This document shows, one piece after another, positions 38,577 through 48,304 of a stretch of DNA of 56,532 nt. The notes beneath the pieces were generated by a model. It did not search any database. It was not told the origin of the DNA and saw only the letters and a program-made list of their open reading frames with translations. Numbering within the stretch: the stretch's first letter is position 1; the number at the start of each line of letters is the position of its first letter. Made by a program: the position numbers and the translations under genes. Origin of the DNA: Ferroacidibacillus organovorans (lineage in GTDB: Bacteria > Bacillota > Bacilli > Alicyclobacillales > SLC66). The stretch is from assembly GCF_001642725.1 (NCBI RefSeq), contig NZ_LSUQ01000005.1, positions 62,001 to 118,532 on the forward strand. The letters run 5' to 3'.

Positions 38577-40385
38577 ATGGCCGTGCGGGATCGTGAGTTG
38601 ATTGAAGAGGCCTTCAAGTGGTCGATTGAAGCGATGTACGAATCGGATGAGGCATGGGAGAAGGAGTACCAGGCGCTGCGGGCGCTTTTGCAAGATGACC
38701 CATTTGTCGACTTTCGCGCCCATTTGGCTGACGGCGCAGAGCGCGTAAGCGAGTTTTTGAAAATCAATCTTGAAGTGACTGAACGGCTACAGCGGTTGCA
38801 CGTGTATGCACACATGAAATCGGATCAGGACACACGGGTCGCGTCTGCGCAATCGATGAATAGCCGCGCGTCCACCTTGTTCGCGCACTACGGCGAGCGC
38901 GTGAGTTTCTTCATTCCTGAGATGCTCGCTCTTTCGGAGGAGACGTGGGCGACGTACCTCGCGGATGAGCGCCTCGCGGAAGAACGGCATGCACTCGATG
39001 ATCTGCTCAGACAAAAGGCGCACACACGATCCGCCGAGACGGAAGGGGTTCTCGCGAGTCTTTCGGATGCGCTCTCAGGACCGGGGCAAGCGTTTCGGCA
39101 ATTCTCAAATGCAGATTTTGATTTTGGGTCGTTTGAAGTGGATGGCGCCGTCTATCCCGTTTCCGAAGGTAGTTATGGTGTGTATGTGCGCAATAAGGAT
39201 CGTCGGGTGCGCTATGAGGCGTACGCGAAACTGTTCGATACATACATGGCGCATAAAAACGGAATTGCGACACTCTATGCGGCGAATGTGAAACGGAACG
39301 TTACGATGGCCAATGTGCGCGACTTCGCGTCGGCAAGGCATGCTTCGCTCCATCGCAATAACATTCCGGTCAGTGTGTACGATTCGCTGCTTGAAGGGGT
39401 TCATCACGGGCTTCCTCATCTTCATCGCTACACTGATTTGCGCGCGCGCGTCCTTGGACTCGAGAAGATGGCGCACTACGACCGCACGGTGTCTCTCGCC
39501 GAGGCGGATCTCAGCGGGTACGATTATGAGAAAGGTTATGAGATGATTCTCACAGGCCTGGCGCCGCTTGGCGCCGCGTATCAGGAGATTCTTCAACGCG
39601 CCAGAGCGGAGCGCTGGGTGGATGTTTATGAGAACAAGGGAAAACGTAGCGGCGCTTACTCGACAGGATTTTACGGCACGCGACCCTATATTCTCATGAA
39701 TTATCAGGATGACTACAACAGCGTCTCGACGCTCGCGCATGAACTCGGTCACAGTGTCCATACGTACCTCTCTTCGCGCCATCAGTTGCCGCAGTACAGT
39801 GACTACTCGATTTTTCTCGCCGAGATTGCGAGCACGGTCAATGAGACGCTGCTCGTTAATCACCTCTTGCGTGAATCGACTGACCCGCAAGTGAAAGCGG
39901 CGCTGCTTGACCAACAGATTGAGACGATCATGGGGACGATCTTTCGGCAGACGCAGTTTGCGGAGTACGAACTAAAGGCACATCAGGCAGTGGAATCTGG
40001 TGAGGCGTTGACGCATGAGTCGCTGTCAAAGATCTTTGGCGAACTGGCACAACAGTACTATGGACCGCGCTATGACTTGGATGAGCGTGCGGCGTATGAG
40101 TGGGCGCGGATTCCTCATTTCTACAATGAGTTTTACGTGTTCCAATACGCGACGGGTCTGAGCGCGGCGCTCGTCTTCGCGGATCGCATTCTCAAAGGGG
40201 AGCCAGGAGCGGTTGACGCGTATCTTGGCTTCTTAAAGAGTGGATCGAGCGCGTATCCGCTTGATGTGTTAAAAAGGGCTGGGCTTGATATGACCGATCC
40301 GTCCATCGTGCAACGCGCCATGGAAATTTTCGGTGGGCTTGTCGGGGAACTCGAGAATGCGCTTGAAGCGTCAAAGGTTCTCTGA
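38577..40385 (+). CDS. pepF: Oligoendopeptidase F (M3B)
   Basis: TLAHELGHSVH (HExxH), GKRSGAYS, AEIASTVNE, WARIPHFY motifs. Confidence 0.96.
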   Translation: MAVRDRELIEEAFKWSIEAMYESDEAWEKEYQALRALLQDDPFVDFRAHLADGAERVSEFLKINLEVTERLQRLHVYAHMKSDQDTRVASAQSMNSRASTLFAHYGERVSFFIPEMLALSEETWATYLADERLAEERHALDDLLRQKAHTRSAETEGVLASLSDALSGPGQAFRQFSNADFDFGSFEVDGAVYPVSEGSYGVYVRNKDRRVRYEAYAKLFDTYMAHKNGIATLYAANVKRNVTMANVRDFASARHASLHRNNIPVSVYDSLLEGVHHGLPHLHRYTDLRARVLGLEKMAHYDRTVSLAEADLSGYDYEKGYEMILTGLAPLGAAYQEILQRARAERWVDVYENKGKRSGAYSTGFYGTRPYILMNYQDDYNSVSTLAHELGHSVHTYLSSRHQLPQYSDYSIFLAEIASTVNETLLVNHLLRESTDPQVKAALLDQQIETIMGTIFRQTQFAEYELKAHQAVESGEALTHESLSKIFGELAQQYYGPRYDLDERAAYEWARIPHFYNEFYVFQYATGLSAALVFADRILKGEPGAVDAYLGFLKSGSSAYPLDVLKRAGLDMTDPSIVQRAMEIFGGLVGELENALEASKVL

Positions 40386-40799
40386 TTCAAGGAATTCATG
40401 GACGGCGCGCAAGAGCATCTTTGGAGATTTGCGCACCTCGCGCAGACGCATGGCAAACGCGATATAGGTTGGGCCTTCTGGGCTCAGAATAAATTCAAGC
40501 GTGTCAGGTCGCAGGGTTTGGGAGAATCGATCCCAAGCCTTTTCGGCGCTTTCACTCGCAATCGAGATCGTGTCGCGCAATTCCGGGAACGGAGAGTCGT
40601 GTTGCTGCAAAAGATCATAGATAGAGACGGAGAGTGCCTCGGCGAGTCGATAGACATAATCGATCGAAGGGCTCTTGCGGCCACCTTTTTCAAGTTGTGA
40701 GATATGGCTCAGAGAGACTCCGCTGCGCAGCGAAAGGTCGGCCAGCGTGTATCCGTGTTTATGCCGCAACGCTTTGAGGCGGCTTCCGTCAAATTGCAC
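40371..40799 (-). CDS. XRE-family (SinR-like) HTH regulator
   Basis: LKALRHKHGYTLADLSLRSGVSLSHISQLEKG..SPS. Confidence 0.88.
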   Translation of the reverse strand: MQFDGSRLKALRHKHGYTLADLSLRSGVSLSHISQLEKGGRKSPSIDYVYRLAEALSVSIYDLLQQHDSPFPELRDTISIASESAEKAWDRFSQTLRPDTLEFILSPEGPTYIAFAMRLREVRKSPKMLLRAVHEFLESENL

Positions 40800-40941
40800 C
40801 GTCGATTTGATGACATTTCCTCCTTTTCGGGGGATCTTTCGCTATTATACAAATGTGTAATGATGAAGTGCAACTGCATGAAAAAGCGAGGGGCGCACAA
40901 GCGCATCCCTCGCATCTCGTTCTGTCTTTGATTCGGGTTTG

Positions 40942-42390
40942 TCAGTAGGCCCGCCCAAACCACACCGTGTGGGTTGCCGGCTTTTGACAATGCACGCATG
41001 TCTTTTGATGAACGGGCGGATCAAAAGGTATGTTGCGGCTTGTCGCTCCGGTTTGCTCTTTGACGGCGGCCTCACAAGCTTCGTCACCACACCATCCTGC
41101 CAAGGCGAATCCGCGCGCCTCGCGCACGCGCTCTTGCAACGCCTCCATCGTTTCGACAGGACTGCTGTGTTCCTCGCGAAACGCGCGCGCGCGATCAAAC
41201 AGGGAGCGCTGAATCACATCGAGCAGTTCGCGCACGCGTTCCACCAGTTCCTGAACAGGGACGAGTATCTTTTCGCCAGTATCGCGGCGCACCACAACGA
41301 CTTGGTCGGCGGCGAGATCGCGCGGCCCGAGTTCAATGCGCAGCGGGATGCCGCGCATCTCATACTCGTTAAACTTCCAGCCAGGACTCACGTCCTCACG
41401 GTCATCGATGCCTACGCGGTAACCGACCTGGCGAAGCGTCGCGACAAGCTCGTGCGCGGCAGGCACAACGTGTTCACGCATTTTCGCAGGTCCAATCGGT
41501 ATTACCATCATCTGCGTTGGTGCGATGCGCGGAGGTAACTGCAGCCCGCGGTCGTCGCCGTGCACCATGATCAGCGCGCCAAGAATGCGGGTGCTCATGC
41601 CCCACGATGTGGTGTACGCCAGTTTTCGCTCGTTATCTTTGTCGAGGAATTCAATTTTGAAACTGCTTGCAAAGTTTTGACCAAGATTGTGTGACGTACC
41701 TGCTTGAATCGCTTTTCCGTCGCGCATCATCGCTTCGATCGAATAGGTGGCAACGGCGCCGGGAAATTTTTCTGACGGTGTCTTTTGCCCGCGGATAACA
41801 GGCACGCTCAAGACTTCCTCCATAAACTCGGTGTAGACGTCGAGCATCCGGAGGGTTTCTTCCTGTGCCTCTTGCGCTGTCGCGTGAGCGGTGTGCCCCT
41901 CTTGCCACAGAAACTCGCTTGTCCGTATGAAAGGCAGTGTGCGCTTTTCCCAGCGCACGACGTTCGCCCACTGGTTGAGAAGGAGTGGGAGATCGCGATA
42001 GGACTGAATCCACTGGCTGTACATGTGTCCGATGATCGTTTCGGATGTAGGGCGAACGGCGAGCCGCTCTTCCAGTTTGTCATCGCCCACCTGAGTGACC
42101 CACGGCAGTTCAGGATTGAATCCCTCGATGTGTTCCTTCTCTTTCTCAAAAAAACTTTCTGGGATAAACAGGGGAAAATACGCGTTGCGATGACCCGTCG
42201 CCTTAAAACGCTGATCGAGTTCTCGCTGACAGGCTTCCCACAGTTCAAAGCCGTCTGGTCGAAATACGATACATCCACGCACAGGCGAATAATCCATCAA
42301 CTGCGCTTTCGTGATGACTTCGATATACCATTTGGAGAAATCCTCCCCTTGTGGCGTGATTTCTTTTACAAATTCCTTTTCCTTAGCCAT
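40942..42390 (-). CDS. proS: Proline--tRNA ligase, archaeal/eukaryote-like type
   Basis: DFSKWY, RPTSET, RTSEFLWQEGHT, QAGTSHNLGQNF, C-terminal Cys domain ending FGRAY; no editing insertion. Confidence 0.97.
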   Translation of the reverse strand: MAKEKEFVKEITPQGEDFSKWYIEVITKAQLMDYSPVRGCIVFRPDGFELWEACQRELDQRFKATGHRNAYFPLFIPESFFEKEKEHIEGFNPELPWVTQVGDDKLEERLAVRPTSETIIGHMYSQWIQSYRDLPLLLNQWANVVRWEKRTLPFIRTSEFLWQEGHTAHATAQEAQEETLRMLDVYTEFMEEVLSVPVIRGQKTPSEKFPGAVATYSIEAMMRDGKAIQAGTSHNLGQNFASSFKIEFLDKDNERKLAYTTSWGMSTRILGALIMVHGDDRGLQLPPRIAPTQMMVIPIGPAKMREHVVPAAHELVATLRQVGYRVGIDDREDVSPGWKFNEYEMRGIPLRIELGPRDLAADQVVVVRRDTGEKILVPVQELVERVRELLDVIQRSLFDRARAFREEHSSPVETMEALQERVREARGFALAGWCGDEACEAAVKEQTGATSRNIPFDPPVHQKTCVHCQKPATHTVWFGRAY

Positions 42391-42451
42391 CGTGTCCTCC
42401 TGATCGCTGTCCTACAATAAAGCGGTTTCCAAACAGTATATCAGATTCTGG

Positions 42452-43039
42452 TTATTTCGCAGAGCAATCCGTCCATTGACGAGGCTCGAGACGAAAGAGC
42501 GCGGCGGGCTGTTGCAACGCGTGTTCAAGCTGTATTCGCAAAGGAATGGCGCAGATTACTGCTTGTTCGGAGATTTGTTCGGCGGCCATCTGCAAAAGGG
42601 CGCGAATGGCATATGGATTGGCCGCGCTGACGATGCAGTAATACGTGTCCACATGCTCTGCGAGTTGCGTGAAAAGGGCTGTCTTGACCGTCCGATGGAA
42701 CCCTTTTTGGCGAATGCGTTGGGTCAGGTAGGTACCGAGTAGCACGCTGCGATCCCTTCGCTCGTAAAAGCTCACACTGACGAGTGCAATGCAGTGGTCA
42801 TCGTCGTCGACGTAAGCGTACGCCCCAGGCAGATCATCGACGGTGTTCGCGAGAAGACTCACGCCGTAGTCAAGCGCTGCGAATTCATCGCAAAATGGCC
42901 ATTCATAGCGTCGAACAGAGTCAGGAATGACCCCCCCATAAAAATCGACGCATTGTTGATAGAGCGCGCGCGCGTCATGCAGTTGAAAGGGACGCAGGTG
43001 ACGTGAAATGGCGTGTGATTTCTTAGTGATTTTTATCAA
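42452..43039 (-). CDS. Putative GNAT (RimJ/RimL-like) acetyltransferase
   Basis: LRPFQLHDARALY start, GTYLTQRIRQKGFH (acetyl-CoA loop-like), VSAANPYAIRAL; start uncertain. Confidence 0.6.
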   Translation of the reverse strand: MIKITKKSHAISRHLRPFQLHDARALYQQCVDFYGGVIPDSVRRYEWPFCDEFAALDYGVSLLANTVDDLPGAYAYVDDDDHCIALVSVSFYERRDRSVLLGTYLTQRIRQKGFHRTVKTALFTQLAEHVDTYYCIVSAANPYAIRALLQMAAEQISEQAVICAIPLRIQLEHALQQPAALFRLEPRQWTDCSAK

Positions 43040-43045
43040 TCCCCG

Positions 43046-43076
43046 ATTGTATAATTGAATTATGCAATTGTATAAT
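43046..43076. promoter_or_regulatory. Operator-like repeats between divergent GNAT and XRE genes
   Basis: TTGTATAATT-g-AATTATGCAA inverted repeat (1 mismatch) and ATTGTATAAT direct repeat x2, overlapping TATAAT boxes. Confidence 0.55.
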
Positions 43077-43142
43077 CTGGGTGGAGTACAAGAAGAATGC
43101 AATCCACAGTGAATTGGGGTTGTGCCGTTCAGGAGGTGTCCC

Positions 43143-43352
43143 TTGAAAAGCGGGCTAGGCGCACGAATGAAGGAACGACGAAAACAGATTGGCATGTCTG
43201 TCCAGGAGTTGGCGCTTCGCTCCCGCGTCTCTGTGAGCTACATCTACGCCATTGAAGCGGGGTCTCGTGGGTCGCATATCGATAAATTGACGCGAATTGC
43301 CCAGGCGCTTGACATGACCATCGATGAATTGTGGACGGATTCCTCTTCGTGA
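43143..43352 (+). CDS. Small XRE-family HTH regulator
   Basis: AGGAGGTG RBS with TTG start; LGARMKERRKQIGMSVQELALRSRVSVSYIYAIEAG. Confidence 0.88.
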   Translation: MKSGLGARMKERRKQIGMSVQELALRSRVSVSYIYAIEAGSRGSHIDKLTRIAQALDMTIDELWTDSSS

Positions 43353-43454
43353 TGAGTCCGCACACCTCCTTCTTATGCTGCACGTTTCCCAACGTCCCGC
43401 ATCCATTGCCATCCCGAAAGGGATGAGGGTACAATAGGATCGGGAGGGCTTCCC

Positions 43455-43898
43455 ATGCAAACAGATGTGTACATGACAACGTTAAAAGATCGCGGGTATC
43501 GCTTGACGGGTAAACGTCGAGAGATCCTCGATTTTTTGTTGCGAAACAATCGCTATGTGACGGCGCGCGAATTGATTGACCATCTTCGCGAATCGTACCC
43601 GACACTCAGTCTTGAAACGGTCTATCGCAATCTAAAGACGTTGCGCGACGAAGGCATCATTGAAGAATCCCGTTTTGATGAGTTGGAAGCGCACTACCGA
43701 ATGGCTTGCCAAAATGGCCATCACCATCATTATATCTGTGTCATGTGCGGAAAAACCATCATGCTCGATCACTGCCCGATGCCAGCGGTCGGATGTGCGC
43801 CCTCAGGGTTCACCGTCTTGCAACACCGCTTTGAGGTGTTGGGCTACTGTTCTGACTGTCAGTCGACGTCTGAATCGTCCAAAGAGAAGAGAGACTGA
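43455..43898 (+). CDS. Fur-family regulator (Zur-like)
   Basis: GYRLTGKR, SLETVYRNL, HHHHYICVMCG, CSDC motifs. Confidence 0.92.
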   Translation: MQTDVYMTTLKDRGYRLTGKRREILDFLLRNNRYVTARELIDHLRESYPTLSLETVYRNLKTLRDEGIIEESRFDELEAHYRMACQNGHHHHYICVMCGKTIMLDHCPMPAVGCAPSGFTVLQHRFEVLGYCSDCQSTSESSKEKRD

Positions 43899-43909
43899 AC
43901 AGAAGGGGG

Positions 43910-44209
43910 ATGGGTGTGATGCAACTCGACCGCATACGGGATCGTTCGACGGATCAACTCTTTGAGGCGATCCTTCTCTTAGAAAACCTGGACGAGTGTT
44001 ATCGCTTTTTTGAAGACATCTGCACAATCGGCGAGGTGCAATCACTCGCACAGCGGCTTGAGGTTGCCCGCATGTTGCGGGGTGGGCTTACGTACAGTCA
44101 CATTGAGGCGGAGACGGGCGCGAGCACCGCGACGATTAGCCGCGTCAAACGATGTCTACACTATGGATCAGACGGATATCATTTGGTGCTCGATCGCATG
44201 AAAGAGTAG
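43910..44209 (+). CDS. yerC: YerC/YecD family TrpR-related protein
   Basis: ECYRFFEDICT..E.QSLAQRLEVA..TGASTATISRVKRCL. Confidence 0.93.
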   Translation: MGVMQLDRIRDRSTDQLFEAILLLENLDECYRFFEDICTIGEVQSLAQRLEVARMLRGGLTYSHIEAETGASTATISRVKRCLHYGSDGYHLVLDRMKE

Positions 44210-44238
44210 ACGGTTTCGTGCGTGACACGGAGGAAGAT

Positions 44239-44919
44239 ATGGATTCATGGGAAAGACTGCTAAAGCTCGACCCGGATCGCGCACACACGGAGGCGATGCT
44301 CGATCAAGCGTGCAAGGCGCCCGTTGATGCGCTGATCCTTGGCGGGACATGGGGCGTGACGACGCGAAACGCCACAGATCTCGCGCTTGCACTTCGCGCG
44401 CGAAAGGTGCGAAGGCCAATCTGGCAAGAGGTGTCGTCAGACAATGGCATTGCGTTTGGGGTGGACGGGTACCTGTTCCCGATCGTTTTAAACGCACTCG
44501 ACATCGACGTTTTCGCGCGAAGCTATGTGAAGGCGTTACGCTTGTATCGCTCCGTCATCCCGTGGGACAAATGTGAATCGATTGGGTACGTGGTGATGAA
44601 TGAGGCGTGCGCTGTGGCGAGGCGTGCGCGAGCGGAGATACCGAGAGATCTTGAGGATGTTCTCGCGTACGCTGCATATGGGACGAGACTTTGTGGAATG
44701 AAAGCGCTTTACCTTGAATACAGCGGGACGCTCGGCGATGTGCGCGTGCTACAGAGTGTGAAGCGCGCGTTTCCGCATATCCATCTCGTCTATGGCGGCG
44801 GAATCGAAACCTTAGAGCAAATGGAGATCATGAAGCGCTTTGCAGATACGGTGGTCGTTGGCAATGTACTCTATGAGAAAGGGCTTACTCGATTTTTGAA
44901 GGCAACCTGCACAACGTGA
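44239..44919 (+). CDS. pcrB: Heptaprenylglyceryl phosphate synthase
   Basis: KLDPD, ILGGT, LYLEYSG, YGGGI, ADTVVVGN motifs; follows yerC. Confidence 0.9.
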   Translation: MDSWERLLKLDPDRAHTEAMLDQACKAPVDALILGGTWGVTTRNATDLALALRARKVRRPIWQEVSSDNGIAFGVDGYLFPIVLNALDIDVFARSYVKALRLYRSVIPWDKCESIGYVVMNEACAVARRARAEIPRDLEDVLAYAAYGTRLCGMKALYLEYSGTLGDVRVLQSVKRAFPHIHLVYGGGIETLEQMEIMKRFADTVVVGNVLYEKGLTRFLKATCTT

Positions 44920-45062
44920 TTTGTGCGTAAATTCAGGCCATCGCGTGAAACCTTGAGAGCGCTCTACCGTCTATAGGATGAATGCTTGAAACGTTCGGCC
45001 GTATTGCAGGCTGAATGTGTGAGTCTAGTGATTCTATAAGCGGATCAAAGGGGAGATCACGT

Positions 45063-45833
45063 GTGGCAAAACGCAATTGGATGGTTGGCGGGGCGATTAC
45101 GGTGGCACTCTTGGTGGGTGGCGTCACGAGCCCACTGGTGCTCGGGGCGCACGCAATGGGAATGGGCAATACGCCTTCGAGTACGACAACGACTGCGACG
45201 CAGACGCCGAATACAATTACGGTGACAGGCATCGCCGGTGTGTACTCCACAGACAATGTTGCCACAGTGAATATGAGTATGAACATCAATGATCAAACGG
45301 TGCTTGCGGTCACCCGCGACGAGGCGCATATCGCGGGGCAGTTGACGCAGGAATTCCGTCACTTGGGCATTCCACAAGGGGATATCTCGACACTGTTTCA
45401 AGGGATCAATAACAATGGAAATATGTCGAATGAATCAGGGAATTTGAATGTCAACGTGACGGTTGCATCGGCGAGTCTCCTTCCCAAAGTGATGAACTGT
45501 CTGTCGACGCTTACAGAAGGATACGTGAGCAACGTGTATTCCAATGTTCAATACGCACCGATGAATCTCCCGACGATTCGCACGCAGCTCTTTGCCAAGG
45601 CGCTGGCTGACGCGAAGAGTCAGGCGCAGACACTGGCGAGTGACGTTGGCGCAACGGTCGGATCTGTCGTTAGCGTGACGTCTCCGGCGCCTGTCAATAC
45701 AAATGTTATGAACGGTCCCGCACTGCCGAATCAATCGCTCGGCGGTATCAGCACGACGTATGGCTATGGCGGAAATTCGCAAAACTATGTCAGCTCGCAA
45801 GTCACGGTGACGTACCAGTTGATTCAGGGTTAA
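45063..45833 (+). CDS. Secreted SIMPL (DUF541) domain protein
   Basis: Signal peptide, TITVTG, ALADAKSQAQTLA, C-terminal VTVTYQL. Confidence 0.8.
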   Translation: MAKRNWMVGGAITVALLVGGVTSPLVLGAHAMGMGNTPSSTTTTATQTPNTITVTGIAGVYSTDNVATVNMSMNINDQTVLAVTRDEAHIAGQLTQEFRHLGIPQGDISTLFQGINNNGNMSNESGNLNVNVTVASASLLPKVMNCLSTLTEGYVSNVYSNVQYAPMNLPTIRTQLFAKALADAKSQAQTLASDVGATVGSVVSVTSPAPVNTNVMNGPALPNQSLGGISTTYGYGGNSQNYVSSQVTVTYQLIQG

Positions 45834-45920
45834 ATGGTGCATATGATACCATGAAAAATCGAGTGGCCGTTCGCGCGCCTTCTCGGCTTTTTCATGGAAT
45901 TGGGAAAGCGGCGTACGCAA

Positions 45921-46742
45921 TTAGAGGGACATTTGTCGCTTGCGAAACCCGACGATTGCGATTGCAAAACAGGCAATGGATGCGCCAGCGAGGCCGCTTG
46001 CGATAGCAGAAAAGTCTCCGCTTCCATGGATGAGATTTTGCGCGTTAAAGGCGGCGAAGATTGTGACGTGATTTAGCCACGAAAACATATGGCTCAGTTT
46101 GGCAACCGTGTTTAGCAGATAGAAGGCGAGCGTGAGGATCACTGACGCACGGAGTGCGGTTCGTTCGTCTTTGGCGAGACACGAAAAAATGAAGCTGTAG
46201 CCGCCAATCACGAGAAACAAGAGTGCGCCAACGACGTTCAGTTCGATAAAATGAAGCGGATTCAGGTGTGTGTCGTGAAGAAATAAGTGAACACCGAGCA
46301 GTCCTCCGAGGGTAGAGAGCGCTCCGATGAACAGGATCCCGAGTCCCAAAAGCGCAGCCTGTGTTCGTGCAATGTTTCCGCGTGCGACAGGCGTCGCCAA
46401 CAGATACGCAAGAGAACCGTTGTCGACCATGTGTGCGACGAGTTTAGTGGCGGTGACGACTGTGAAGATCGCCATGATGATGATATAGATGAGACCATAA
46501 AACTCCCCCGCCAAAAAGTCGCTCACATTTGTAACCCCGGATTGATAGCCGACGAGATTGACCCAGCCTTGAGGCAAACTTTTTAAAAGCGTGTTCAGCG
46601 CAGCGGATTTCGCGATCGAAGGGTAGATCCAGATGAAGATCAACTCGTAAAAAACGATCCCACACCCGTAACCCAGCACGGTTCTTAGATTGGATTTGAG
46701 CATCAAGTCCTTGCGCGATCCAGGTGACGGCGGAAATGACAT
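45921..46742 (-). CDS. ABC-2 type permease without adjacent ATPase (N-terminus possibly truncated)
   Basis: FLAGEFYG, VDNGSLAYLLATPVAR, GFRKRQMSL; six TM segments. Confidence 0.8.
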   Translation of the reverse strand: MSFPPSPGSRKDLMLKSNLRTVLGYGCGIVFYELIFIWIYPSIAKSAALNTLLKSLPQGWVNLVGYQSGVTNVSDFLAGEFYGLIYIIIMAIFTVVTATKLVAHMVDNGSLAYLLATPVARGNIARTQAALLGLGILFIGALSTLGGLLGVHLFLHDTHLNPLHFIELNVVGALLFLVIGGYSFIFSCLAKDERTALRASVILTLAFYLLNTVAKLSHMFSWLNHVTIFAAFNAQNLIHGSGDFSAIASGLAGASIACFAIAIVGFRKRQMSL

Positions 46743-46819
46743 GCTCCATCGTCAGTCCCGCTTGGGGCGAAGGCATTTGATTCACCTCGAATAGAACTGA
46801 ATGACCTTCATTCGGAAGA

Positions 46820-47623
46820 GTGACCGCATGGTCACGATTGGCGTATTCTTCGCTCCAACGGGTGTCAAGTGTTGTGAATTCTTTTGTGCGCGCAAAGAGT
46901 AATGGAGTCTATAATAAGGCAAATGGGATAGGTTGTTTTAGGCTTTGGAAAATTGCGAAACTCGGTAAGGTGGTGGAGGAAGTGGCATTTGAAAGGCCCA
47001 CACGTTGGGGTGAAATCCCGGTTAAGCATCTGTTTCAAAAGCACGCGAAGAAATCTTCAAAGCTCGCCGTGCTGTTTCCGGGCAGAGAGTATCCGCAATC
47101 TGCTCCGCTCATGTGGTATGCAGCAAAATCTGCTTTCTCTGCCGGTTATGATGTGCTTGGCATCGAGTATGGGTATCAGGCGAATCGCACGGATTTACGA
47201 ATGGATGATCTTGATGTGTTGGTTTCGGAGGCGATTGACGCAATGGATCAAGTGATGCCAGATTCATATCGTGAGGTTACATTTATAGGGAAGAGTTTGG
47301 GGACGATGGTGCAAGCAAGTGTTGCTCAGAAGATTTCCTTTTCCGTGGGGAGTCATGTGTTTCTAACTCCGTTAAAACCTGTGATTCCGTTTATTCAAGA
47401 GACGCAACGTTCGCTTGTCATTGTGGGGGATTGCGATCCCCTGTTTGAAGCAACGGATATCCCCCACATTGCGAATCGCTCCAACGTGGACGTATCCGTC
47501 ATTGCAGGTGCGAATCACGCGTTAGAAACGGAGGATGTCAGCGAATCGATTCGAATTTTGGGTCAGACGGCTACCTTATGCGAGGATTTTTTAAGAAACG
47601 CGAAGGATGGGAACGGGGGATGA
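46820..47623 (+). CDS. Alpha/beta hydrolase
   Basis: LFPG, GKSLG nucleophile elbow, GDCD and GANH; true start probably downstream of the ORF start. Confidence 0.8.
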   Translation: MTAWSRLAYSSLQRVSSVVNSFVRAKSNGVYNKANGIGCFRLWKIAKLGKVVEEVAFERPTRWGEIPVKHLFQKHAKKSSKLAVLFPGREYPQSAPLMWYAAKSAFSAGYDVLGIEYGYQANRTDLRMDDLDVLVSEAIDAMDQVMPDSYREVTFIGKSLGTMVQASVAQKISFSVGSHVFLTPLKPVIPFIQETQRSLVIVGDCDPLFEATDIPHIANRSNVDVSVIAGANHALETEDVSESIRILGQTATLCEDFLRNAKDGNGG

Positions 47624-47626
47624 GGG

Positions 47627-48241
47627 TTGGCAGAATCGGTGTGGAAACGTCGCTTAAAAGAAACCTATGACCACTATGCGAAGGAACGAGACCAAGTCGT
47701 CAAAGACGATTGGAAACTCGCGGAGCGCAACATGTTCCTTTCGCGTTTGCAGCGTGAGAATAGGGCGAAACTGCTAGAGATTGGCGCGGGGACGGGGCGC
47801 GACAGCATGTTTTTTGAAGAAAATGGATTGTTGGTCACAGCGACTGATCTGTCAGGCGAAATGGTTTTGCTCTGCCGTGAGAAAGGACTTTCGGCAGAGC
47901 AGATGGACGCGAGTGACCTGCAGTTTCCGGATGGGCACTTTGACGGGGTGTGGACGATCAATTGTCTGCTGCACGTGCCAAAGAGGGATTTGCCGGGTGT
48001 GCTGGCGGAAGTGCGGCGAGTTCTCAAACCGGGTGGACTCTTTTATTTTGGCGTGTATGGCGGGATGGATTTTGAGGGCGTCTGGGAGGCGGACCGCTAT
48101 GATCCAAAACGCTTCTTCTCATTTCATACGGATGCGGCCATCCAGGAAACGGTCCGCCGCTTCTTTACGTTAGAATCGTTCAGGACGATCGACTATGGGA
48201 ACGAAATCTTGCATTTTCAAGCGATGGTTTTAAGGCGTTGA
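47627..48241 (+). CDS. Class I SAM-dependent methyltransferase
   Basis: LLEIGAGTG, FDGVW, LLHVP, RVLKPGG motifs. Confidence 0.93.
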   Translation: MAESVWKRRLKETYDHYAKERDQVVKDDWKLAERNMFLSRLQRENRAKLLEIGAGTGRDSMFFEENGLLVTATDLSGEMVLLCREKGLSAEQMDASDLQFPDGHFDGVWTINCLLHVPKRDLPGVLAEVRRVLKPGGLFYFGVYGGMDFEGVWEADRYDPKRFFSFHTDAAIQETVRRFFTLESFRTIDYGNEILHFQAMVLRR

Positions 48242-48304
48242 TAGAAAATGGTGGGTGAAACCGTGTATTCTGTTGGTTCGAGGTGAAAAGAGGGGAATGG
48301 GATC

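Noticed and set aside
13594..40385. Four peptidases (S9A, M29, M42, M3B) as one system
   Set aside because: They are dispersed in separate transcription units and are common housekeeping enzymes
40942..42390. Archaeal/eukaryote-type ProRS as a novelty
   Set aside because: This type is well known in many bacteria, including Bacillota
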